DNA of 64,000 nt from Eledone cirrhosa (lineage: Eukaryota), in contig OZ024744.1 of the NCBI GenBank assembly GCA_964016885.1, forward strand, positions 91,140,001 through 91,204,000. The letters are read 5' to 3'. Every line of letters begins with the position of its first letter. The first letter of the stretch is position 1. The position numbers and the translations under genes were made by a program. Under the pieces are notes generated by a model. It saw only the letters and a program-made list of their open reading frames with translations, searched no databases and was not told the DNA's origin. Below, one piece after another: positions 24,701 to 35,869 of this stretch.

Positions 24701-25513
24701 ATGAAAGGCAGGCTGTATGATGCCTGCATACGAACAACAATGTTACATGGCAGTGAGACCTGGGCATTGTGTGCAGAGGATATACGCAGACTGGAGAGGA
24801 ACGAAGCTTGCATGCTCCGCTGGATGTGTAATAGTAATATACGTGAACGGCAAAGCATAAATGAACTAAGTGAGACATTAGGAATAAGAGGGATCAGATG
24901 CTGTTTACTCGAGAGAAGACTACGTTGGTATGGTCACATGATGCGCATGAAAGACGACAGCTGTATAAAAAAGTGCAGGGCGATCAAAATTGATGGAAGT
25001 TACGGAGTAGGTAGACCCAGAAAAACCTGGGACGATTTGATAAATTCCGACCTCACACACTTACACCTCCGTAAGAAAATGTCACTGGACCGAGATCTTT
25101 GGCGCTACGCAGTAATACAGAAGACCCGCCTTGCATAAGTACAAAGCGAAACCTACAGTCAGTAGGCTCCTCCTAACCAAAAATACACTCCCACCCCACT
25201 TACCCCCACCCCCATCTACACCTAAAGTTATGTTGGTGCCACAACATCCAGTCCTAAATAAATGAGGTCGTGTAGGTGTCATGACAAAAAAAAACACACA
25301 GTCCGTGCTGTAATGTGGCCGTGTAGGTAACAAGGTAAAAACCTCCCAGTCCACAATGCAAATGTGGTTGGTGTTAGGAAGGGCATCCAGCGGTAGAAAA
25401 CTCGCCAGACAGTCGTATACGAGCAAGACAACCAATCTTGCCTCAAGTAGGACAATTCCCATCTAAACCCATTCTAGCGTGGAAGATAGACGTTAAACGA
25501 TGATGATGATGAT
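21755..25513 (+). mobile_element. RTE-clade LINE copy A, near full length, several frameshifts
   Basis: ORF pieces 22132-22791 (APE endonuclease: NVGTL, VQETRW, GDLNGH, QIDY), 22763-23569, 23571-23975 and 24359-25138. YADD at 24181. 3'UTR ends in (GAT)n. Confidence 0.93.
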
Positions 25514-27094
25514 GAATGTTTTCCAATTTTTCATGCAATTACATTTTACATTGAGTAATATTGAAATGCAGAGTTTATCTCCATAAATTATATCACTGTT
25601 TAAAATCAATCATCATTTTCTTACAAAAAAAATGTGTGAAACGCAGCGAGGCACAGGTAATTCGGCTAGTATATATATATATGCATGACGGTTGGCTGAA
25701 GGAGTGATGCTAGGGACTACATCGAAAAATAAACCTCATTTAGTCATTCTATGAGAGTATCTTGGTCAGCCCATGAACTTTTCAGCTGAGGTGTATGTGC
25801 ATATATTTATATGTATGAGTATATAAACACACAAACACACACTTACAAAAATACACTCACAGACATACATTCACATACATTCACACAAACACACACATGC
25901 ACATAAACCCACATCCACACAACATAACAAATGGAATGTCAGCTGCTGTTTTGCTATAGTTTTTTCACCATCCCCTTCCTTTTACACACACATACATTCA
26001 CACAAACACACACACACACACATACTGTGTGATGGACAGAAGTCACTCCAATATAAGCAGATAACCCCATTTATAAGCTGAGACACCTAAAACCAATAAG
26101 TTGTTTATATAACATTTAAATTTTTTGTAATATGAGAGATGAGACAATATCTTGCTCTTGGCATCAAGTTTGAAACCTAATACTGAGAAGCTTTCAAGGA
26201 ACAAAAGACATCAAGTTTCCCATTAATTTTTTAGCTGTTATGTATTTAAAAAATTTTTTAAACAAATAATTCCAACAAAGTCTTAAATTGAATGAATGAC
26301 GTTTTTTCCATTACTACATTCATCTGTGGTTAATACAAATTATTTTTAAGTATAGTCGACACTCGTGCTTAAATTTTAGCTTGTGAAATTTTCCATAATT
26401 ATTCTTTTATGGCCTTTGTCCGGCCCGCTATCCGTCATTCATTAATAGTTGATCCGGCCCATGGGGGCAAAGAAGTTGCTGACCCCTGGTTTAGATGGTG
26501 TATATAAGCCAATCCTCCTCTCCCCCATTTTACTATCACCCTTTTTTTTTTAGGGGGGGGGGGGGGGGGGGTCGTATATTCCTACCTTATATTTGAAAAT
26601 ATATACACTTTTATTGTGGCACCAACATGACCACTGCAAAGTGGTCGTGGAGGTGCCACGGCAAAAAAGCACCCAGCCCACTGTAAAGTGGACGTGTAGG
26701 CGCCATGGTAAAAAAGGCACCCAGCACTCACTGTAAATGAGGTTGGTGTTAAGAAGGGCATCCAGCTGTAGAAATCAAGCCAAAATCAGTTTCTGTATGA
26801 GCCGACCAGACACTGCCCACAACAGGACAACCCGTCTAACCCATGCTAGCGTGGAAGAACGGACGTAAAACGGTGATGATGATGATGATACAGTAATTAC
26901 GACATTCTATGATCTGAGTTCAAATCCTGCCGTGGTCAACTTTGACTGTCTTTTCATCCAGGGTCGATAACATAAAGTAGCGTTTAAATATCGATGTGCC
27001 ACAGGGTGGAGAAAACATACACCTAGTGGCCATCTCTTAACTACTATACACCCCACCCACCCACTCCTGTTCACACCACCCTTATACTGTGAAC

Positions 27095-27657
27095 AAAACA
27101 TATCCAGGCCACACTGTAAAGTGGTCATGTAGGTGTCATGAGAAAAAGTACCTAGTCCACGTTGTAAAGTGGTCATGTAGGTGCCACGACAAAAAGCACC
27201 CAGCATACACTGTAAAGTAGTCATGTAGGTGTCACAACAAAAAGCACCCAGCCCACACTGTAAAGTGGTCATGTAGGTGTCACGACAAAAAGCACCTAGT
27301 CTACACTGTAAAGTGGTCATGTAGGTGTCACGACAAAAGCACCCAGTCTACACTGTAAAGTGGTCATGTAGGTGTCACGACAAAAGCACCCAGTCTACAC
27401 TATAAAGTGGTCATGTAGGTGTCACAACAAAAGCACCTAGTCCACACTGTAAAGTGTTGTGTAGTTGTCACAACAAAAAGCACCTAATTCACACTGTAAA
27501 TGTGGTTGCCATTAGGAAAGGCATCCAGCTGTAGAAACCCAGCCAGAAACAGTTCTATATGAGCAAGACACAACCACCTCGCCCAACTTGCTTCAAATGG
27601 GGTAACCCATCTAATCTATGCTAGCATGGAAAATGGATGTTAAACGATGATGATGAT
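27095..27657 (+). repeat. 47/48-bp array, about 8 units, plus RTE tail
   Basis: Same unit as 10062-11010, ending in (GAT)n. Confidence 0.88.
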
Positions 27658-27934
27658 GTCAATATAACCATTTATCGCCTTCCTAACAAAATTTTAGGAA
27701 TATAGGTCAAACTGACCTATATTGAATAACAATTAGTTCAATGACAGAGAATATTGATTTCTGATTTAGGCACAAGGCCAGTAATTTTGGTTGGTGGGAA
27801 GAGAAGGGATTGTCAACTATGGCAAATGAACCCCAGTATTTGACTGGTACTTTATTTTATCGACACCAGAAGGATGAAAGGCAAAGTTGACCAACCTCAG
27901 TGGTATTTGAAATCAGAACCTGACTGGCTGGTCA

Positions 27935-27953
27935 GCAGTAGTGGTGGTGGTGG

Positions 27954-27998
<45 letters not shown>

Positions 27999-28084
27999 GG
28001 TGGTGGTAGTAGTAGTAGTAGTGGTGGTGGTAGTGTTGGTGGTGGTGGTGGTGGTGGTGGTGGTGGTGGTGGTGGTAGTAGTAT

Positions 28085-28127
<43 letters not shown>

Positions 28128-28340
28128 CGTGGTGGTGGTGGTGGTGGTGGCGGCAGCAGCTGCAGTAGTAGTAAGAGGATGTGATAATGGTGATGATGAT
28201 GGTGGTCGTGATGGTGATGATGTTGGTGGTGGTGATGATGTTGGTGGTGGTGATGAGGATGATGATGATGATGGTGATGATGGTGGTGTTGTAATGTTGG
28301 TGACGTTGATGGTGGTGACAGTAATGGTGGTGATGATGAA
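27935..28340. repeat. Compound trinucleotide microsatellite (GGT/AGT/GAT)n
   Basis: Direct inspection. Lies between two halves of a second-family SINE (27755-27920 and 28360-28417). Confidence 0.92.
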
Positions 28341-28421
28341 TGAGTGAATGAAAAGAGTTGGAAGGAATACTTCAAAACATTTCTTTCAACACTAACGATT
28401 CTGCCAATCCATTACCCTTAA

Positions 28422-31113
28422 CCCTTTGGCATTTACCTGATATATACTATTGTATTTTCACAGTAAAGGCTTTACCTCACATAATGTGTCACATAACATT
28501 TACATTACTCTATATATACTATTGTATTTTCACAGTAAAGGCTTTACCTCACATAATGTGTCACATAACATTTACATTACTCTATATATACTATTGTATT
28601 TTCACAGTAAAGGCTTTACCTCACATAATGTGTCACATAACATTTACATTACTCTATATATACTATTGTATTTTCACAGTAAAGGCTTTACCTCACATAA
28701 TGTGTCACATAACATTTACATTACTCTATATATACTATTGTATTTTCACAGTAAAGGCTTTACCTCACATAATGTGTCACATAACATTTACATTACTCTA
28801 TATATACTATTGTATTTTCACAGTAAAGGCTTTACCTCACATAATGTGTCACATAACATTTACATTACTCTATATATACTATTGTATTTTCACAGTAAAG
28901 GCTTTACCTCACATAATGTGTCACATAACATTTACATTACTCTATATATACTATTGTATTTTCACAGTAAAGGCTTTACCTCACATAATGTGTCACATAA
29001 CATTTACATTACTCTATATTTACTATTGTATTTTACAGTAAAGGCTTTACCTCACATAATGTGTCACATAACATTTACATTACTCTATATTTACTATTGT
29101 ATTTTCACAGTAAAGGCTTTACCTCACATAATATCTCACATAACATCTACATTACTCTATATTTACTATTATATTTTCACAGTAAAGGCTTTACCTCACA
29201 TAATATCTCACATAACATTTACATTACTCTATATTTACTATTGTATTTTCACAGTAAAGGCTTTACCTCACATAATACCTCACATAACATTTACATTACT
29301 CTATATATACTATTGTATTTTACAGTAAAGGCTTTACCTCACATAATGTGTCACATAACATTTACATTACTCTATATATACTATTGTATTTTCACAGTAA
29401 AGGCTTTACCTCACATAATACCTCACATAACATTTACATTACTCTATATATACTATTGTATTTTACAGTAAAGGCTTTACCTCACATAATATTTCACATA
29501 ACATTTACATTACTCTATATATACTATTGTATTTTCACAGTAAAGGCTTTACCTCACATAATGTCTCACATAACATTTACATTACTCTATATTTACTATT
29601 GTATTTTCACAGTAAAGGCTTTACCTCACATAATGTGTCACATAACATTTACATTACTCTATATTTACTATTGTATTTTCACAGTAAAGGCTTTACCTCA
29701 CATAATACCTCACATAACATTTACATTACTCTATATATACTATTGTATTTTACAGTAAAGGCTTTACCTCACATAATGTGTCACATAACATTTACATTAC
29801 TCTATATATACTATTGTATTTTCACAGTAAAGGCTTTACCTCACATAATACCTCACATAACATTTACATTACTCTATATATACTATTGTATTTTACAGTA
29901 AAGGCTTTACCTCACATAATATTTCACATAACATTTACATTACTCTATATATACTATTGTATTTTCACAGTAAAGGCTTTACGTCATATAATATCTCACA
30001 TAGCATTTACATTACTCTATATTTACCATTGTATTTTCATAGTAAAGGCTTTACCTCACATAATATCGCACATAACATTTACATTACTCTATATATATAC
30101 TATTGTATTTTTACACTAAAGGCTTTACCTCATATATCTCACATAACATTTACATTACTCTATATATACTATTGTATATTACAGTAAAGGCTTTACCTCA
30201 CATAATACCTCACGTAGCATTTACATTACTCTATATATACTATTGTATTTTACAGTAAAGGCTTTACCTCACATAATACCTCATGTAACATTTACATTAC
30301 TCTCTATATATACTATTGTGTTTCACAGTAAAGGTTTTACCTCACATAATATCTCCCATAACATTTACATTACTCTATATTTACTATTGTATTTTTACAG
30401 TAAAGGCTTTACCTCACATAATACTTCACATAACATTTACATTACTCTATATTTACTATTGTATTTTCACAGTAAAGGATTACATCACATAACATTTACA
30501 TTACTCTATATGTACTATTATATTTTTACAGTAAAGGCTTTACCTCACATAATATCTCACATAGCATTTACATTACTCTATATTTACTATTGCATTTTTA
30601 CAGTAAAGGCTTTACCTCACATAACATTTACATTACTCTATATATACTATTGTATTTTCACAGTAAAGGCTTTACCTTACATAATACCTCACATAGCATT
30701 TACATTACTCTATATATACTATTGTATTTTCACCATAAAGGCTTTACCTCACATAACATTTACATTACTCTATATATACTATTATATTTTTACAGTAAAG
30801 GCTTTACCTCACATAATATCTCACATAACGTTTACATTACTCTATATATACTATTGTATATTACAGTAAAGGCTTTACCTCACATAATATCTCACATAAC
30901 GTTTACATTACTCTATATATACTATTATATTTTTACAGTAAATACATAATTATCACATAATTATCTCACATAATATTGAATCTATGAGATTTTGATATTA
31001 TTTATTTTGAGAACAATACCTTAACATAAGTATGAGTGGCAGGTTATGGTTGGTCTGAACAGAAAGAGGTGAGAGAATTCTGGCCAGATAAAGCCGGTTT
31101 AAATGCTAAAGGG
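28422..31113 (+). mobile_element. Same TTAA MITE expanded by a 72-bp array
   Basis: TTAA|CCCTTTGGCATTTA ... TAAATGCTAAAGGG|TTAA. Confidence 0.85.
28440..30945. repeat. 72-bp minisatellite, about 35 units
   Basis: Unit tgtattttcacagtaaaggctttacctcacataatgtgtcacataacatttacattactctatatatactat. Perfect at the left, decaying to the right. Confidence 0.97.
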
Positions 31114-31649
31114 TTAATGAGAGAAACAGCCCTTAATGGGGGAAGATAATGAATCAATCCATTAGCATCATCATTCTACATTCACTTTCCAATCATGGAT
31201 TGTCCAGTCCAAGACTATATAGGTTGGGATGAGACCACAGATGTTGCTCATACATTCCATATTTATCATGATTTCTACAGCAGGATATCCTTCCTAACAT
31301 CAACCCACTTGTAAAAATGGTCCTGTAGGTGACATGACTAAAAGCACCCAGCCTACACTGTAAAGTGGTCGTGTAGGAGTCACGACAAAAAAGCACCCAG
31401 CACACACTGTAAAGTGGTCATGTAGGTGACATGACAAAAAGCACCTAGCCCACACTGTAAAGTGGTCATGTAGGAGTCACGACAAAAATCACCCAGCACA
31501 CACTGTAAATGTGGTTGGCCTTAGGTAGGGCATACAACTGTAGCAATCTAGCCAGAAACAGTTCTGTATGAGTAAGACACAGTCACCTGACCCAACTTAC
31601 CTCAAATGGGACGACCTGTCTAACCCACGTTAGTTAAACGATGATGACA

Positions 31650-32620
31650 AGTGCTACTACTTTACAGAGTGTACTAGGTGCATTTTATTGTTAAAAAAAC
31701 CCACCACTTTACAGAGTGTACTGGGTGTATTTTATTGTTACACAAACACTACCACTTTAGAGAGTGTTTTTTTATTGTTACACAAACACTACCACTTTAG
31801 AGAGTGTTTTTTTATTATGACACCAGCACTACCAATTTACAGAGTGTACAGGGTATATTTTATTTGACACCAGCACTACCACTTTACAGAGTGTACTGGG
31901 TGTATTTTATGGCACTAACACTACCACTTTACAGAGTGTACTGGGTGTATTTTATTGTGACACCAGTACTACCACTTTACAAAATGTACTGGGTGGATTT
32001 TATTGCGAGACCAGCACTACCACTTTACAGAGTGTAATTGTTACACCAGCACTGCCACTTTACAGAGTGTACTGGGTGTTTTTTATTGTGACATCAGCAC
32101 TGCCACTTTACAGAGTATACTGGGTGTATGTTATTGTGACACCAGCACTACCACTTTACAAAGTGTACTGGGTGGATTTTATTGAGACCAGCACTACCAC
32201 TTTACAGAGTGTACAGGGTGTAATTTATTGTTACACCAGCACTGCCACTTTACAGAGTGTACTGTGTGTTTTGTGACACCAGCACTGCCACTTTACAGAG
32301 TGTATAGGGTGCATTTTATTGTTACACAAACACTACCACTTTACAGAGTGTACAGGGTGTATTTTATTGTTACACCAACACTACCACTTTACAGAGTGTA
32401 CAGGGTGTATTTTATTGTTACACCAACACTACCACTTTAGAGAGTGTACTGGGTGTATTGAATTGTGGCACCAACACTACCATTTTAGAGTGTACATGGG
32501 GCATTTTATTGTGGCACCAGCATGACCACTTTACAGAGAGTACTAGGTACATTTTATTGTGGCACCAGCATGACCACTTTACAGAGAGTACTAGGTGCAT
32601 TTTATTGTGGCACCAACACT
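31650..32620 (-). repeat. Diverged 47-bp array (cagcactaccactttacagagtgtactgggtgtattttattgtgacac), opposite in orientation to the 48-bp array at 31310-31650
   Basis: Reverse-complement relative of the RTE 3'UTR unit. Confidence 0.85.
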
Positions 32621-33115
32621 AGAGAGGTTGTTATGATCTAAGCAGGTCAACAATGCAAGAATATTTATTCTAGGTGTAATATTTTTACACTTCAATAATT
32701 TTTTTTGTCTATTTATATGCAGAGTGTGTGTATGTGTGTGTGAGTGTGTGTGTATGTGAGCATATGTGTGACTCAAATCCATGACAAAATCCCAACTGGA
32801 CAAAATTCTCAGGCATAAAATCACCTGGGGAACAAAATCCTCACCCCTATAATAAAATAATACTGCATTTCCCAGCGTTGAAAATGTCTGGAGGCCGAAG
32901 GTTGTTTATTATTTTTTTTTTATTTTCGGTTGTAAAAATTAGGGTGCGCCCTCGAAGACGAAGCATTTTCGCCGCCGGGGAATACAGTAGCTGAATTAAT
33001 TAAATATCTATTAATACATCATAATAATAATTTTACATCTGCCTAACCCATTCTTGGAAAAAAAAAAGTTCCTTTTTTTTTTTTTCTTTTTTTTTTAAAC
33101 CAAAATAATATATAC

Positions 33116-33228
33116 CGTTTTCCAAATTTTACTTTGTCACATGCATTCAATTTCATAAATTGCCACCGAACAAAGGAGTCATAATATGGGTTGGCATCAG
33201 TTGTGATGAATGACCGACGCCAATCAAC
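33116..33228 (-). CDS. LARS1: LARS1 coding exon 6 ([37 protein letters not shown])
   Basis: tttAG / GTATAT boundaries, 113 nt, phase 0-2. Confidence 0.97.
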
Positions 33229-33327
33229 CTAAAAAAAGAAGAATTAATTATAAAGTAAGTAATATAACAGAGTTTAGAAAATTTCAGGTGTTGTTGTAAA
33301 TATTTGAAACTTGGTCTACTGTTGGTC

Positions 33328-33612
33328 TGTCTAAAGTCTAAGTCTAAAGTTTGTCTGAAGCCATTTAAGGTTCATTAGGCCGGTGCTTATCCTGGTTGCA
33401 TGGCGTGAAGCGACTGAAAGTACCAGACTCCCCACTGGACAGGATGCTAGTTCATTGCAGCGTTAAATCTCCAGCTACGGCTGGTACTCATTTTTAGCTG
33501 AGTATACTAGAGCAATGTGGAATGAAGTGTTTTGCTCAAGAACATAACATGCAACCCAGCCCAGGAATCAAACCCATGTCATTAGGATTGTTAGTCCAAC
33601 ACCCTTACCTCC
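33328..33612 (-). mobile_element. Older SINE with related head/core and a third type of 3' part
   Basis: agctgagt..gagcaatgtggaatgaagtgttttgctcaagaaca core, unrelated tail ending in (TTAGAC)-like repeats. Confidence 0.6.
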
Positions 33613-33638
33613 ACTTACTGTTGGTCAGTAGCTATCTA

Positions 33639-34426
33639 TCTACCTACTACTAAAACTCTGTGATTGTGTGCTTATCTGTAATGTAATACAGCCAAAACGG
33701 TGCATAATGAGAAAATACTTTGAAAGGAAGTTGCCACTGAAATGAGAATACAAATGGAATAAAACAAGTTTCGCAAAAATTGGAGCACCGGTTCCCAAGA
33801 TATGGGGTTTTCTAGGTACCTTAATAAATAGAGAGAGAGATGGATAGAGAAAAAGAGATTGTGGTTGTGAAAGAGTAGATTGAGAGAGAGAGCGCTGGAG
33901 GTGTTGTTGAATGAAATTATAACACACATTATAACACATGGAGGCACATGGCTTAGGGGTTAGAGCATTGGCCTTGCAATCGAAAGGTTGTGAGTTCAAT
34001 TCTCAGACCAGGTGATGTGTTGTTTCCTTGAGCAAGACACTTTATTTCACATTGTTACAGTTTACTCAGTTGTAGAAATGAGATGATAAGACTGGAGTCC
34101 ATATCATTCCACTGCAAAGTGGTCGTGGAGGTCCACGGCCAAAAAGTACCCAGCACTCACTGTAAATGAGGTTGGTGTTAGGAATGGCATCCAGCTGTAG
34201 AAATCAAGCCAGAATCAGTTCCCGTCCCACCCTTGCAAGCAAGGAAAAAGCGGACGTAAAATGAAATGATGATTATGATGATGATATATATGGGCCTTCC
34301 AATTTCATTTTACATTATATACATGTCTGTGTATATTTTAATCATTTAAAAATTATTTTTAAGGGAACATGATTTTTTTTAAATATTTTTAAGAGAACGT
34401 GACCCAATGGGTCACGAGTGGTCTAG
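33639..34426 (+). mobile_element. Non-autonomous Helitron family 2
   Basis: A|TC 5' end. Hairpin GTGACCC-AAT-GGGTCAC, 7 nt, then CTAG|T. Second copy at 55042-55610. Confidence 0.78.
33940..34286 (+). mobile_element. Same SINE, copy 4, nested in a Helitron
   Basis: Near-identical to the other copies. Confidence 0.88.
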
Positions 34427-34739
34427 TATACTATATATACGTAAATAAGACCGTTATTGCTGCAATCAGTCTACTAACTCACAGCAAACACCCTACACCA
34501 AACCTTAGTCTATACCCATGACTTATGCCAAACCAAACCTTCCAAATTCAGCAAATCAGACACAAACCACCCATCCTCCCAGTTTTTATGTTCTGTTCTA
34601 CAAACTAGACTTCATGATGCATGGCATCATGTCATCTACACGGATTGTTTTAAGGGTTTAACATCGAGAGATGAAGGAAGGAGGTGGAGCAAGACCTTTT
34701 ACATAATGGGGTTGTAGTCGCTGCAGATAATATCTTTAT

Positions 34740-35860
34740 TATGTGGTGTTGATAAACACTAACAAGCGAGAAACACACTGTCGATCACTCTCCTTTGTTT
34801 TTGCCGAGAATAAGTTAAGTGACATAGTCACTACTTTAAAACTCATAGCGAATGGTCTTCAAAATTTTTATAATTAAACATACTGTATAATGCCAAATAT
34901 ACTATACATACATTCATGTATACATTGATATTTCAAAGCACCAATTTTTATATCTAATTTTTGCTGGACCGGCAATCACTGTTTAATCAGCTCTTAAATA
35001 TTACTGGAATTCTATAAGAATCCAGCTTCTATAATTCTCAGCAGAGGCAACGCAGTGTGTGGTCTTGATAAACGCTAACAAGCGAGAAACAGACTGCTGA
35101 TCACTCTCCTTTGTTTTTGCCGAGAATAAGTAAGTGACATAGTCCCTACTTTAAAACTCACAGCGTATGGTCTTCAAGATGTTTTAATTAAACATATAGT
35201 ATATTGCCAAATATACTATATTCCAATTGTTCCAGCCATCCATCCATCCTTACTAATCTCCGAAGGTATTTTAGCCTACATATTGTTGTTAATATTAATG
35301 ATGTTCCCTGCTGTATTAGCGATAAATTTTCGAGGGTTTTTCTTAGTAGTTTTCATGACGTTATTATTGTTAATTTTACTGATGTAGTATTAACTTGGAT
35401 ATTTACCATGCGGTATTCTAATTCTATTGTATCTCTCTCAGTTATTTACCATGCGACCCTCAGTCCCTACCCACCCACCCCTCTCTATGCATCTCTTTAA
35501 GGTTTACTACCCTGTCTTTAACCTATTCAACCTAATTCATTCAATCTGAAAATATTGAAGAGATAAGACACTTTCCCATTCTTCTCTGCTAAAATGTATC
35601 ACTAGAGTTGATTCCAATTGTTCCAGCCATCCATCCATCCTTACTAATCTCCGAAGGTATTTTAGCCTACATATTGTTGTTAATATTAATGATGTTCCCT
35701 GCTGTATTACCGATAAATTTTCGAGGATTTTTCTTAGTAGTTTTCATGACGTTATTATTGTTAATTTTACTGATGTAGTATTAACTTGGATATTTACCAT
35801 GCGGTATTCTAATTCTATTGTATCTCTCTCAGTTATTTACCATGCGACCCTCAGTTCCTA
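34740..35860. repeat. Two pairs of local direct duplications (34740-34908 / 35058-35220 and 35221-35470 / 35612-35860)
   Basis: Direct inspection. Confidence 0.85.
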
Positions 35861-35869
35861 CCTCACAAG

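Noticed and set aside
27874-28375. Poly-Val and poly-His/Pro/Leu ORFs
   Set aside because: Trinucleotide microsatellite artefact.
28358-30949. Multiple long ORFs with a 24-aa repeat
   Set aside because: A 72-bp satellite without stops in two frames, frameshifting freely between units.
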